DNA of 63,762 nucleotides, the filler included, from Reticulomyxa filosa (lineage: Eukaryota; Protista; Foraminifera): NCBI GenBank assembly GCA_000512085.1. It is 21 parts of 21 records of this genome, joined end to end, with 100 filler letters (N's around TTAATTAATTAA, not from the genome) between each part and the next. Parts side by side here need not be neighbours in the genome. Positions count along the whole stretch, not along the records: positions 38,152 to 48,294 come from ASPP01023971.1; positions 48,395 to 49,826 come from ASPP01049126.1; positions 49,927 to 50,992 come from ASPP01048163.1; positions 51,093 to 54,214 come from ASPP01029026.1; positions 54,315 to 57,977 come from ASPP01025414.1; 16 more parts are not named here. One strand, 5' to 3'. Below are positions 38,152-54,464 of this stretch, one piece after another. The notes below the pieces were generated by a model. That model saw only the letters and a list, made by a program, of their open reading frames with translations, ran no database searches and was not told the origin of the DNA. Every line of letters starts with the position of its first letter. Position 1 is the first letter of the stretch. A program made the translations under genes and the position numbers.

Positions 38152-38567
38152 ACAGAAGGGATGAAAGAATCGATCCAGTGGAACTTGTAAACTTTGTATT
38201 TTCGAAAAGTTATCCCAAACAACCAACGCTGTCTCCTTTTCTTCATCGCTTGTTTCCTTTGCAAATGACTTGCCAAGCCAATCATGACGAAATTGTCAAC
38301 ACGACCAAAATTGTCATTGAAAAGCATTGGAAGGATATCCCACAGGAACACACGTTCGCAATAGAATTCAAACACCGCTCAAATAGTAGTTTGAACCGAG
38401 AGCAACTGGTCAAAGATCTGGCTTCTTGCGTCCCTAATGGACACAAGGTTTACCTAAAAAAACCTGATGTGGTCCTCTTGTTGCAAGTGTTTCGCGATGT
38501 TGCTGGCGTCTCCGTTATCAAAGATGGAAACTTTCATCGCTATCACAAATACAACGCCAGTGCTTAA
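38152..38567 (+). CDS. THUMP-domain protein (Tan1/THUMPD1-like), C-terminal part
   Basis: FLHRLFPLQMTC...TFAIEFKHRSNSSLNREQLVKDLA...HKVYLKKPDVVLLLQVFRDVAGVSVI...KYN. Confidence 0.85.
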
Positions 38568-38908
38568 ACATTCTTTTTTGTATTTTTGCTATTATTGGTG
38601 GCTTTTTATTACTCCATACTCTTTTTTTCTCTTTTAATAGTAAAAGTTGTTCACTTGTGGCCATCTTGAGCTTAAACAACAGCCTTTTCAAATATTGACC
38701 TTCAAATTAAAAAGGGTTCTCACGACAGTTCTTTTTTAACATTGTCCATTTTGATTCTAAAAGAAGTACTTACAGAAAAATCAAATTTTAAATTTTTTTT
38801 TAAATTTTCAAATGTTTTGAAAATAATTAATCAATGAAACTTACAGCACACCCTGGCCAAATCAAAAACCCAGACTACTTTCCAAAAAAAAAAAAAAGAA
38901 AAAAAAAA

Positions 38909-40943
<2,035 letters not shown>

Positions 40944-41305
40944 AAAATGGAAGGGTAAGTTTTATAAAAAACAACGCTAGTTTTGTTGTTTTCAATTTTA
41001 CTTATTTATTTTTAATATGTTTTTAACTTTCTTTCGATTTTTTACTTCGGAATTACTCAAATATTTTTTGGATATGTCAAACATCAAAATGAACACAAAT
41101 TTTGTTTGTCGAAATATTCAACCACTGATCATTAAATATATGCCTAAATCCTTTTGATACAGTTTTATGTTATCGACTATATTTAAACAAAAATGTGTGC
41201 ATGGTTTCTGACTCAAATAATTTGGCTGAGTTTTTTTCTACAAAACTCTCGAACGACAATTTTTCGTTTGTAAAGGGGATCACATATATGCAAAAAAAAT
41301 TCAGG

Positions 41306-42316
41306 ATGTTGCAAACACCGACCACCAAAGTGTGGCAGTCTTTGCATCAAACAATGAAACATGTATTTAGTGATCAAAACTTAGAACTACCAGACAACGT
41401 TTGGCAAAGTCTTCGGCAACACATTCATGTTAACCAAGGCAAATGGTTTATGCGTTTGTCCTTGTCAAAAAAAAATTCTTGAAGAGAAAGAGTTTTCGAT
41501 CCTTGCACAACTCAATCTCTTTTTTTTGCTTGTTTTGTTTCTATTTGTGTTCAGCTCGAGTTTGAGTTTGTTGCAAATGAGTACTTTGAAATTCCCAACT
41601 CCACCAATTCTGGTAGTAGCAATAAAGATCTGCGGAAGTGCATTCGCAATAACAAGCACGAAAATGTGTGGCGCACTATAGGATTGCATCCTATTGTATG
41701 TTTTGAGGATGATATATCGTGGAGATTTAATCCAACATATCGTGTTTCCTTTCAATTTCACAAAGCAAGTGACACTCCAAAAGAAAAAGCAGCAACGAGA
41801 AGCTTTCACACAGGGAATTTCATTCCCTCTGCGTCTCACAGCGACAAAGACGATAACAACAACGAAACGGATAAAACGACAACACCTCACAAAACGCAAA
41901 AACAGTATTCCATTGCTTTTGGAGTTCTATCAGGAGAAATGGGTATATCCCAAATAAATAAAGTCATTCACGCACAACAAAATTGGAGTGTTGAACATCC
42001 GCATGGCTATGGTTTTGAGTTCTCCGGATACAAAACTGTTGAAGATGAAAATATAGCTGAGTCAAGGGAAAGTAACTCCATCAATAAAAACGCTAAGAAT
42101 GAATCTCGAAACAATCAGCACAATTTGGCTACCTTTAGCGAGGGCGATGAAGTTACAATCCAGGTTAATATGAGACGAAGAGAGTTACGTTTGAAGTCAA
42201 TGGCATCAGAACCAACACCACCATCTCCCAATTACAGAAAATTGTTCAGTTTGCTGTCTCCACTGACGTTGCAAACACTGAAATTTTTATTACATAATAT
42301 TTTATTTTTTCATTAA
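41306..42316 (+). CDS. Hypothetical protein with a SPRY/ConA-like domain
   Basis: YRVSFQFHK...SIAFGV...GYGFEFSG...FSEGDEVTIQVNMRRREL follows the SPRY-like strand pattern. Exon structure is uncertain. Confidence 0.4.
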
Positions 42317-43738
42317 AAATTAAACGCAACTGCAAAACATTCATAAATAATTTATTAAAACTTTTACTCCAATTTTTAGCTAAATGTTTGCAAAGTACAA
42401 AAACTCTTTTTAATAGTTCAATGAACAAATTACACCCTTTTATTTTATTTTGCACTTCGGAAAATCGCTACTTTTAACAATTGCACCTTTGTTAACTGTT
42501 CTACAACAAGCCAAAAAAAACTTTTAATGGGAGAAAAAATAATGTGCGTTGAGCAAAAATACACAAAATTCAGTACAATGAAACACCGACCATTTTTGGT
42601 CTTTTACTTTAATTTTTTTTCTTCATGTACTTGTTCTGACCGATTTTTCATCATAAAAAAAGAAAAAAAAAAAGGTAATCACAAAACTATTTTTAGGCTT
42701 TAGCAATTTTTTTAATTAAAAGTGGCAACGTTTTCATTTTCTGTTTTCGCAACAAAACATTCAATCGCATTTTGTGCAAAATAATCATAAAAAAAGATAA
42801 CATAAAATTTGGCGTGTATTGTTTTACTTTATTGACAAAACTTAGTGCTTTTTTTAAATTTATTAAAAACACCCAAGCGGTATTTCGCAGCAGAAAGTTT
42901 TCCCTTCAGCTGTGACACGTCAAGAGACCGCGATTAATAATTCTTAAAACAACCATTGTTTTCACTTTTTGGTCTGATTTGTCATATCAAATCAATAAAT
43001 AAATGAAAAACTTTGCTCGTTGTTTGAACTTTAAAGCATTTTTCAGATTAGTCATTCCCTTTTTTAAACACGAAACTAAAATTTTCCAAAACTGTTTTTG
43101 AAAATTACATCGATCTGACATCATCACTTTTTTTTTGCAGAGTCAATATGTAATTAGGATATTTGTTTGCAAAGTTATACGACCCGTAATTAAATTTTTT
43201 GAGGGGGGAGTAGTTAGTAATGCAACAAAAATATCTTCAAAATAATATCCGCCGAATGTGTTTAAACGTATAATCTTCTGGCTTTAGAAAGGAGAGAAAA
43301 AAAAAAAGAAAATTTTTTTTTGGAAGTCATTATCACTCCTTGCACATTGAAGGATGGTAACAGAAATAAAAAAGGAAAGGAAAAAAAACCTGGCAAAAAC
43401 TGTTAACTACTGATTTTTTTTCCCCTGAGTACACAATTTGTTCATTTTTTTTTATATTAAAAAAAGAGCAAGAATATGTCAATCGAAAAAAGTTATGAGT
43501 CACTTATGATTGTTTGTTAAGTCAAACTTGGATTGAAACACAGCAACTTGTCCAACCAAAAAAAACAACGATAATAACAAAATTTTGTATTTTGATTGTT
43601 TGAGACACAATAACAATTGACTAAATTATGACACAGATGTATACACACTTAATAGCAATAGTGGCAATATTGTGCAGTTTAAAAAAAAAACAGAGCCACA
43701 AACAAATTTCGAGCCAATGCGAAAACAACTATTGAAAT

Positions 43739-46302
43739 ATGATTTGGGGTGGGACAATAGTGTTGGAACAATTGGGTATGTGTTCGAATTTTGATCAAGC
43801 GAATCAACACAGCGTCCAAATATTGCAAAGCCTGCCTCGTTATGGTGAAGAGACGTCGATTCGCTACGGAGAAGCGAACTGGAAGGCGACAACGTATGCC
43901 ATCGGACTGGGAAGCACGTCTGTGGTGTTTTTGGTATTGGCAGTGATAGGCATCGTTGTTTGTCCCTTTTGGTGTGCATGTCGCAGCTGCGCGTGCTGCA
44001 GCTCCAGTTGCAAGCCAAAAGCCTTAGAAACGGAGCCTCCATGTTTCCACAAATGGGGGCCTTACGTATTCGTTCTCATCCTAAGCACTTTGATGGTAGT
44101 TTTCACAAGCGTCGCCTATGACTCCAACAAAAATTTTTCCTATGGCGTTGTCAATCACCACGATGGCATGCTACAAATCATCGCTGAGCTACTCGACGAC
44201 TTGGAGTATTTTGTCAACTTCACGGTTTTAGATCCTTTGCTTTTTATCAAGTTTTAAAAAAAAAAAAAATCCCTTTTTACAACAAAAAATAAAACAATAA
44301 CTAATAACTGAGAACCAATAACTAATAACTGTAAGTAATAATAAATATACTAACTATTATTAGTTTTTATTATAGTTATTACTTTAAAAGATGTGTTTGA
44401 AACGTGGGGGAAAAAAAGGGGGTACACAATTGTTGCGACGAATAACGTGAGCGATACCTTAAAAGGGTCAAAGTCGATAATAAATGGTACGGATGCAATT
44501 GTGACAAGGTTGGGAAATTTGTCCGAGGAATGGACGAATTACACACTGAACTTGACGAGTGACAAGGGTAACACGTACACGTTTACTTGTGGCGTGTGCA
44601 ACAAATTTTCAGGCGCCGCTGCAGCCACTCACGAGCAGATCCAAAACGAAACCGACCCACTTCTGTCATCTTTGAACAATACCGCGAACTCCATTCAAAA
44701 GACACTTGTGTCTGCCAACGGGTCTATAATCTCCACCGTGTCCGGTGTGGTCACTGACATGGAAAGCATCAACAAAAAGGTCCATCACACTGACAATCTC
44801 TACACAACCACTTACCGTTCTCAAGTGCAAACGTATAACCAGAAAAGAGAAATTGCTTATATCATTTTATTTATCATTCCATTGGTGCCTATCATCTTTG
44901 TTCTCCTAGGAGGGTGGACACGTAAAAGTGTTTACTTCACTATGTATGCAAAAAAAAAAATCTTTTTTTAAAATTTTTGCATACTGTGCTTGAGAGGCTA
45001 TGTGTATGATTGTCAGCGCTTATTCGATTATGTGGTTATCTTACGTTATTATGTTTATTATGCTGGGTTTGCATGTCCCCATCAATTTATTCCTATTGGA
45101 TTCGTGTCGTTACATGGTTGGTTTTTAAACTTAAAAATTTGTGGTCATCCCTTTTTTTTTTTTTTTTTTTGATATCGATATCGAACATGTACGAAATGTT
45201 TTTTTTTTTGGTGCTGGTTAGGACGAACATGATAAAATGTGTCCAAGATTTTGAAAGGTCCACAAGGACATCTCTTGCAAGTATGTTTGGACAACGACAG
45301 TATAGCAAAGTCTTTTGGGGTAGAAGAGCAGCTGAAATTTGTAAACATATCGTATCCCAACTTTACTGGTGCAGATATTGCCAACGCTTTTCAATTCAAC
45401 TCGTTGATCAATTTCAGTAACAGTATTGATAACACGAGTTTTTCTTCATTTGACGGTATTGTTAACAAAGGGTTGGCCTCTGCAAACGAGTTGGTGCATA
45501 ACTGCAGCTGCGCTTATTACCTTGACGTATACACTAGAAACAATATTAGTAACCTCACAGTATGCGTACTTTTATTTCTTTTTTTTTTTTTAACTAATTA
45601 TTTTTTATTTTATTTTTAGGCGTCACTGTATTATGACCCCAATGGAACGGCCGAAGAACAAGCAAAGTATTATGCACTGACAAATGTGACAGAAACTACG
45701 ATAGATATGATCAGTGCAGAAAAAAATGGACGTGCAGCGATTAATCGCACACTCTTGAAGCTGAAACATCAAACTGAGAGCGTGCTCAATATGACCAATG
45801 CCCTAAAGGGTGACGCTACAAACTTTTCTGATGGCATCAAAAGCTGCAAGCACGTTTTGTACCCCTTGGTTGACAAAGCCGAGTGGATAATCGAACACGG
45901 ACAGTGCGGTTTTATTGGAAAGGCTTATTTTGGAATGAAAACTGAAACCTGCGAAACCATTGTGTAATTGAAGCAATGTTTTCTAATTTTTATTTCATTT
46001 TTTACTTTATTTTATAAACAAATTCACATTCAGTTTTTTTTAATCAAAAAAGCCCCTTCCTGGAACTTGTTTTTTTTTGCTGTTGGCTTTTTTTTTTTTG
46101 TAATAGGCCCTCGCTGTCTTCAATGGTTTTGTCAATGTTTCTGATTGGACTCTTTTCACTTGTAAGTTGTTGCTGCACTATCAAAATGGTGCGACGCATC
46201 AACCCACTACTGGATCAAAGTGCAGCGAAACAAAACCAAGTCATTGTTATCAATGCTACAAAGCCACAATACGGTCACGCTTTATATATTCGTGAATCTT
46301 AA
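43739..46302 (+). CDS. Prominin/Tweety-like five-TM glycoprotein, multi-exon
   Basis: TM1, Cys-rich loop (CACRSCACCSSSC), TM2, large N-glycosylated loop, TM3-4, second large Cys-containing loop (HGQCGFIGKAY...CETI), TM5. Confidence 0.6.
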
Positions 46303-47339
46303 AGATTCATTAAAAAAGCGTATAGTTGGGAAGGAATATTGAAAACATTTTATAAAGGTACAGAAAAGTTTAAAACTAAGTTCGAATAATTAAAAATGGC
46401 ATGCAATAAACAACGAAACGCTTTGCCATTTGGGAACTGTTTTGTTTGGATTGTACTCTGCAAATCTTTTTGATTAAGTGTAATGGGCATTGAGTGTAAG
46501 GACCATACTACAATCATAAGCCCAATTTTTGTTTTGTTTTGTTTTTTCATTGTAATGTACTTTTAATTTTTTTGGTCTTGTTAGAAAGGGAGTTGTTGTC
46601 GTTTTATTTATTTAAAAAAGACTTGCAAAAGTAAATAATGTACACCAGTTTCATTTGAATAAAATAACTCAATTGCATATATCCACAAGTAAAATTAAGA
46701 ACTATTCACATTAAATAAAATAAATGTTATAAAAATATGAAGAACGATGAAATAAAAAATCAAAATGATATTTAAAAAGCACAAAATTTGTAATATTTTT
46801 CATTGAGGAAATCTATTTTCTTTGTAAAATGCTGTTTTACATGTCATTCTTTTCTTGTTCTACTTGAAACACCTAATTCATATAGTTTCAAAGTTCAAAT
46901 CAAGTATTAAATCGTGTATAAAAATATAATTAAGTCTTTTTTGTAAATTTAGCATGTTTCATGCATAATGCAACAACAGCGTTATAAATAAGACATTGTC
47001 TGTAGTTTCTTTTTTGTGACTTTTTGCAAATCTTTACAACAGCCGAAATTTCCAGAAAGTGCGTGTATCACACATTTAAAAACAACTGTATTTTTGACTA
47101 TGGAAACCACTTTTGTAAAAATTGCACTTTAACAACACATTTTATTTTTTTCCAAATAGCAAACAACAAAAATTGTATTCGAGATATGCACATCCAAAAG
47201 CTTGCATCTACTCAATAGGAGAAAAAATTGACATTGATAACAAAAGTGTAAGTCCATTACTATTTTAAAAAAAAGTATAAATTTCAGAGCGACTTATACG
47301 CTTTCAAAAAAAAAAAGGGCTCGTAATGTATAAAGAGAC

Positions 47340-48137
47340 TTAAGAAGAGCACAAGCAGCAACGGCGAAAGAAGTGCGTGACATTGGAAAAGAACAAACGA
47401 AAGCAAAAAGACAAAGAAAGAACAAAGTTATGTGCTTGCGTGCGACAAAACCACGGATGCGTGTGATCGTCACAACAGCAATACGAGCCAAAGCACGTGC
47501 ACCAGCCGATGACATAAACATCAAACCAACTGGAAACGGCGAGCAAAGAAAAGATGATCGCCGCGGCCAGTTGCCCTTTGTCTTCGAGATGCTTGGGCTT
47601 GCAAATGATTATCAATCCCCAAATGGAGCCACCAAAAAAAACGAGTGCCGACAAAATGGCCAGCGCTACGTAGCAATTGGCTCCATGATTGCGCAAGCAG
47701 CCATTCAGACTCTGGCAACACCTCTGAACTTTGGAGTCACCCTCGTTGCACTTGAGGCACACAGTGCAAAGATTGAACCCAAACAATACCAATGGGAACA
47801 CGGTGAAAATAATGGCAGCCACTAAAAACGCAACGAGCATTTGCAATAGCGGTGAAGGGAAATCATCGCGATAACACCCATTGTTCACTGTCGTCGCCGT
47901 GGAGTTACCGTAATTGTTATATTGGTTATTCACCAATTGTCTGTTTGTTTTCGAAAATTGGAACACTTGCAGCAACCAATACAAACATCCCATCGACGCC
48001 AAAATATTGTAAAACAATATGTATACTCCTAATGCCGGGTAACATCTTGTCACTGCGTATAAGGCTATCACATATAATGACACCAACACAATCGTCGTCC
48101 AGCCGTATACTGTATAGTCTTTGTGCCATGACGCCAC
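47340..48137 (-). CDS. Hypothetical Cys-rich multi-pass membrane protein
   Basis: At least five hydrophobic helices in a 265-aa ORF. Confidence 0.6.
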   Translation of the reverse strand: MASWHKDYTVYGWTTIVLVSLYVIALYAVTRCYPALGVYILFYNILASMGCLYWLLQVFQFSKTNRQLVNNQYNNYGNSTATTVNNGCYRDDFPSPLLQMLVAFLVAAIIFTVFPLVLFGFNLCTVCLKCNEGDSKVQRCCQSLNGCLRNHGANCYVALAILSALVFFGGSIWGLIIICKPKHLEDKGQLAAAIIFSLLAVSSWFDVYVIGWCTCFGSYCCCDDHTHPWFCRTQAHNFVLSLSFCFRLFFSNVTHFFRRCCLCSS

Positions 48138-48394
48138 TAGTATACTGGAGTCACATGAAAATTTGTTGTCTATTTTTTTTTTTTTTTTTAGAGGTATGCG
48201 TATACGTATACGTTATAGTACATATACAACTTGAAGAAATATACATAAGTGTATACGTATACGTTATAAAAAGTTTTCAAGAAAAAAAGAGCGCNNNNNN
48301 NNNNNNNNNNNNNNNNNNNNNNNNNNNNNNNNNNNNNNTTAATTAATTAANNNNNNNNNNNNNNNNNNNNNNNNNNNNNNNNNNNNNNNNNNNN

Positions 48395-49826
48395 AGAGCA
48401 GGAATGACTCCAATCTTATTAGAATTCATTGACCTGAACTGAGAGAACAGCTTTCTTGTGTTTTCCTCCTGCAAAGACTGAATACTTCGCACCAAATATT
48501 CTTGTTTTTCAATATTAAGTTTTCTTTTCAGTTCAGCTGCTGCCTTGTATCTATTATAAAAATATGGATTGCGACATCTGCGAAATTCACGCTTGAGCCG
48601 ATGAGTGTGTTTACGCATTCTATGCAAGGAATCGCTCCACCAAGGCTTATTACCTTTCCATATTGTCTTTATTCCAATGGATCTTTTTCCTGCATCCACT
48701 ACACACTCCATCCATGATTCGACAGCTGCATCCAGGCACTCTGAATCATTAAGGAGATATGGAGGCAGTGTTTTTTGCCATTTTTCTAAGTTGTGTTTCA
48801 AAATCTGACGAAATAATTCCCAGTTATTATTTCTCAGGTTCCATGTTTCAATTTTTTGCCTTTTTATCGTTGGAGATGACCAATCGGTACGAATGCTAAA
48901 TGTAATTGGTAAATGATACGGAATCCAGATCCAATTCATCGTTATCAGTCCTTCAATTGCTGCATAGGTTTGAGATGGAAAGAGAACATAGAGAAATATC
49001 GATGGATGATTTTCCATCACTTTTTTCGAATGTGTGATCAAATGGACTGGGGTTCAGGATTTGGAGTCCATTTTGAACAATGAAGTCTAAAACAACTTCT
49101 CCGATATTGTCAACATTTTGATCCAGCCAGGCTGGGTGATGATCATTTCAGTCACCACAAATGATAACATGCTCTGTGATATTTTTGGCTGCTGCGATTT
49201 CCTGTTCGAACGAATCCAAGTTAAAACACAATAGTATCAGAACAATATCATCTTCTGGTTGTAATTTGTACTTGACGTTAGTTTTTTGTAGATTCCTGTA
49301 AAAACTACAAAACATGATCGATTTACTTTGTCCAGGACAGCTGATTTCGACCCAACACGATTCATAACATAATGTAATGAATTTATTTTGATATGATGCG
49401 AATGATCTTTGAGTGGCATGTAAATCTCGTCTGCATAAAATACATGTTCTTCTTGTTTCATTCCAGAATTGATTATACAAATTCTGGAATTGATTACTAT
49501 TGATGACTCTGTTTTTTTTTCTCCGACCAGAAACATTCCTGAAGGAGACAGATGTGTTGTTGAACTGCATGAAGATTTTGCTCCAGCAGTTGGGTTTTTG
49601 AATAAAAACCGTTGACATTATTTTGGAAAATGATCAACTCATTCATTGACCAAATTCCATGTCACTGGTTTTTTTGCTGATGTTTTCTTTTTTGTTTTGC
49701 GGATGCTGAAGTAATGGAGCTAATAATTGGAATGAATCTGAAAGTTGTTTCACAATTAAACGAAGATCGGAGATTTACTTCCGTAATTGGGAAATTTCGT
49801 TGATATCGTTGTTGTTTTGATTATTG
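48395..49826 (-). mobile_element. Decayed non-LTR retrotransposon: APE endonuclease and linker
   Basis: ESCWVEI, FCSFYR, VIICGD*N.HHPAW, SSID, then KGNKPWWSDSL. Multiple stops and frameshifts. Confidence 0.85.
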
Positions 49827-52111
49827 NNNNNNNNNNNNNNNNNNNNNNNNNNNNNNNNNNNNNNNNNNNNTTAATTAATTAANNNNNNNNNNNNNNNNNN
49901 NNNNNNNNNNNNNNNNNNNNNNNNNNAAAACTAAACTATAAACGACTAGAAAAATAAAAAATATTATTTTTTATATTTTGGAACTATTTGCTTTCATTTT
50001 TGACTTATAAATTGCTGTACACAATCCTACGTCATACGCAAGCATTCTACATTGAATTGTAGATGACAAACTAGTAATCGATCTAGTTGAATCGATCAAA
50101 CTGGTTGACATGATTCAAGTACATGTTTGCAATTCTACAACATTCTTACTTATTGACGCTGTTTTATATTTTTTCCATGTTCATCTATGTCATCAACACT
50201 TCTGATGCAACGTTTTTGAAACACAATGCCAAAATAACTGACATAGCTGAAAATTCTTTGATCTTTCGCAAACGTTGATCAATAATTACAATATTACCTT
50301 GGCAGTTTTCAAATGTGGATTTTTCGCTCAATTCGATATAGCTTAACAATTACCTTACCTTGTCTTTGGTGGATTCACTCAATCCTATAAAACCTTGATG
50401 CTGCTTTTTCAAACGTTTTTTTAAAGAGAAAAACTATGCGAAAAATTCGAGACTTGGCTTTTTAACATCAACACTCAATGAAATCGTGTATTCGATTGAT
50501 ATCGACTGATGAAGGCAGTTCATACGATTTGTGAATGCGCGTAAATGCAATTTCAGTCAATATTTTGGTCGCGTTTGTGTCAAACAATCGAATAAGCAGC
50601 TGTAACATTGAATATAATTTTATTGAATGTTGACAATGTATATGTGCATTGGATTTGATGAAAGGGATGTCGACAACATTCACGTAGGAGATCTAGTATT
50701 GATGAATTGTTCTTTGATTCAGTCTGATTCTAGAAATTGATGGGTCTGTCACTGACAAAGTGGCGGCATATGAAATGGTCAGGTGTTTGATGTGTTTGGT
50801 CTTTGCTATAATGGATCAAATAGCTGATTGACTTTTTGACTGACGATCCAATAATAGTTTGCCATGATTATAGCGATTTGTGAATCAAATAACGCAAAGT
50901 CATAATTTCTTTGGCACAAATCAACACAATTTCAGTTGAATACAAGAACGGCAATTTCATCGACAAGAAATAATTACAGAGGCAGCTGATTTNNNNNNNN
51001 NNNNNNNNNNNNNNNNNNNNNNNNNNNNNNNNNNNNTTAATTAATTAANNNNNNNNNNNNNNNNNNNNNNNNNNNNNNNNNNNNNNNNNNNNTTTCTTAA
51101 TTTTAATAAAAGTGCAAATGATACGCATTATCGCAATTTTCAAAAATCATTTGAAAGAATGTTGATTTCATCCAACAAAAAAAAAATTATTAAAAAATCA
51201 ATATCATATTTAAAAACTACAAGACTTGTAGATATTTTTTTTAAAAAAAATTAGGTCTAAATGTTGATTTTTCATTGATAAAATCAATTATCATCATAAG
51301 ATATGTTTTAGGCGTTCAGTTTTTTTTGCAACCTACTGTAGTCTCTTTTTGCCATTCGCATGCCGCATAGTCTTCTGATAACTTGCATACCCATCTGAGG
51401 CATCGAAAATTAACAATTCCTGTTTCAGAATGTTGCATTGAGCTTGAGAAAAAGGAAAATATGATTTAAAATGTAGATGATGAGACTATCATATTTGTTT
51501 TTTTCTTTTTTGCTATATACAAATTGTAATTATTTGCCGAAATAATTTGAGCTTAGAGGAGCCTAAGAAAAAAAATTAAATAGGAACCCTTGTATTCACT
51601 CCAGTTTTTTACTTTGGTAGTTGTAGAGAAATTGTGCTAAAGCTTAAGTATCGATAAAATTCTAGGATGATGTGAGAACATTATAATATCCTTTCTTTTT
51701 TTAACTGTACTTAATTTACTGGGATTTTCTTTGGAATAAATCCATTTCGTGCAATGTTTATTTCATGCATGGGTGCATAAACATAAAAGCATTGCAAAAG
51801 TTTTGACGACTTTTTTTAGACTAATGTTTAGTAAAAATTTCTTATGTATGAGCAAAAAATTCAAAGGTGGAATAGTATGGCCATTTTTTTCGTTTAGTTC
51901 AACTTTTGCACATGCCAAAAAAAATTATTTTTGTGATAAAATCTCCGAAAATTATTCAAGAACAAAAATCTTTTAAATAACACTTTTGATGCCGCGAGTC
52001 ATGCTTATGCTTTCAAAAAAGGCATTAGCGAGCTCAAGAAGTTGCCAAAATAAAATAAACTTTCCTTTTGAAAACTTCCCTATACGTAAAAAAAAAAGGT
52101 TTAACTTCATC

Positions 52112-52560
52112 ATGCTCGAACAACTTCAACAAACATTTCCCAAGCTAGATAAAGATATTGTCTTAAAAGCATGAAATAGGTATAACGGAAATGTTGAAAA
52201 GACAAAGGCTATATTAACTTGGATAACAGAAAACACGTAATAATACATTTTTTTCTCTTTTTTAATACACAAAAACATCGTATTGCTTTATTTTTTAATA
52301 CAGTACAAATTTACAACACCAGAATCATTTAATGGTGTTATTCCAGAATTTTGGTAATCAACTTGAAAAAATAACAATATTGCAAACATGGAAAAATTGC
52401 AATCAGATATTGGTTGATACGGCCGAGAAATTAATAGAGATTTGTGCAACTTTCAACTTGAATGAGTTAAATGTGAATAAAATATACAATAAAATTAACA
52501 AATATAAATATAATATATGATAGGCTGAAAGAAGAAAATGAATTAAAAATAAATCGAGAA
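52112..52560 (+). pseudogene. Pseudogene of a CUE/UBA-like repeat family
   Basis: MLEQLQQTFPKLDKDIVLKA*NRYNGNVEKT (CUE-like FP motif with an in-frame TGA), then a second repeat LFQNFGNQLEKITILQTW. Confidence 0.45.
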
Positions 52561-54464
52561 ATGTTTAATTAATTATTCATTAAAAATCAAAAATGTTTTT
52601 TACTTGCAGATAAAAAAGCACATAAACAACAAATTACATAGATAGTGAAGATGAATAAAACAATTTTCATCAAATGGTAAAATGGTTGTATGCCAAGCTA
52701 TATTTGATATTTGATGTTATATGTTACATGTTATGAGTTATAAATAAAACCATCTTCTTTATATGTCTACTTATAACGTATTTTAAATAATATATTATAA
52801 TATTGAAATTAAAAAATTAGCAACAGAAGCATTAAACTTACGCGCAGAAGATTTAGAATTAATAAGTTTAGAAAAAAGGTTAGAAACTATTAAGAGAATA
52901 ATAGAGTTAGAACAAGTAATATCTACTTTTTTTTCTTTTTCTTCTTATAAACAATTATTAAAAAAAAGTAATTGCATATGAAATATTTCGTACATAAGAT
53001 GTACTATGATGCAAAAAAAAATACTAGATCTTTATTGTTTTTTTTTTGTGATGTACCTTGTAATTATATTCTGTGAACAAAGTATAATCTCAATTTTTTA
53101 AATATGTACTAATTTCTAATAAAAAAAGAAAATTGTAAAATCTTTTGGATTCCACAAGAGTCTTTTCGTATGTTATTTCGCGTTCATGAAAAAAAGTGTT
53201 TTTAATTCCTGTTCACATAAGAACTCTCAAAGTTCTAACAATAAATGCATTCTTCAAAAATCTTTATGTAACAAAATATTCATTAAATTGAATGTTTGTT
53301 ATGTTATAGAATTGGTTAACCAAGTAAAAAAGGAATCGTCGATTATAGAAGTGTAAGACATTGAATAAAAGATAGTTATAAAATATTTTTAACTGAGTCC
53401 ACAACAAATGTGAATTAAACTCTCGGAATTGTGAGCCAATAACTGCAAGAAGCAAAAACGATTAATGATAGCAATCAAGTTGTTTGAAAGCATTGAATAA
53501 CAATTGAATGTTTTCATAGTCACCTTGCAAATCTTATTGATAAAGTGTTATGTTACATCACATATTTACATCATATTCATCAATGTAGGAATAGACTCTA
53601 ATCACATCGAATTTTTCATTGTAATAGCTTTTTGGTAGCAAAACTGTTTTAATTTTATCAGTAAATTGAAATTCAAGTATAATGTCAAAAATGGGAACCA
53701 CATTCAAATTAACAAACATGTCTACAAATAAATAAGATCAAGTGATTGTGTTCACTATAGCAGCTTTTTATATGTTTATATTTAAGTAATACTGTGTGTT
53801 ATTGAAAAGATTTTGTTTTATATTGTGATGTAATCTCTTTTATCATCACAAAATATTTTTGTAAAACCAAGATATAATTTTTATGAATTGTTCTTCCCAA
53901 AAATTGGAATTTTTTTTTTGTTATATGCATTTGTAGAAATGATAAAATCACTATACATTGTCAGAAGAAAAGTATTTTTTAGGTAAGTGACGCTGTTGAA
54001 TGGAAAGCATTAACTTTACTCATTCTTTTTACATAAAGCTTTTCACTTCCAAAAAACGTTAAGTCTTCAAAGGCCAGTTTCAACACGATGATCTCAACTT
54101 AGAAGATGATAAATGTTTTATTATCAAAAAAAAAAAGGATTTTTTAATTTTTAATTTTTTCAAAAAATATTTTAAACTGATTAGATGTTCATCATTTTTG
54201 ATAAAATATATATTNNNNNNNNNNNNNNNNNNNNNNNNNNNNNNNNNNNNNNNNNNNNTTAATTAATTAANNNNNNNNNNNNNNNNNNNNNNNNNNNNNN
54301 NNNNNNNNNNNNNNTTTTGATTGAACTTGGAGACACTTTCGTTAAAAAAAAAAAAAAAGATTTTTGAACAAAATTTTGATTTTTCTTTGCGTTTTGTTTG
54401 ACAAGTTGTAATTATTTTTGTTTTCTTTTACTATTTGAGCCATGACCTCTTTTGGTCCAGGCAG

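Noticed and set aside
52112-52240. In-frame TGA as evidence for an alternative genetic code
   Set aside because: Conserved genes (EXO1, SYF1, sulfatase) use TGG for Trp and show no internal stops. The locus has other lesions typical of a pseudogene.
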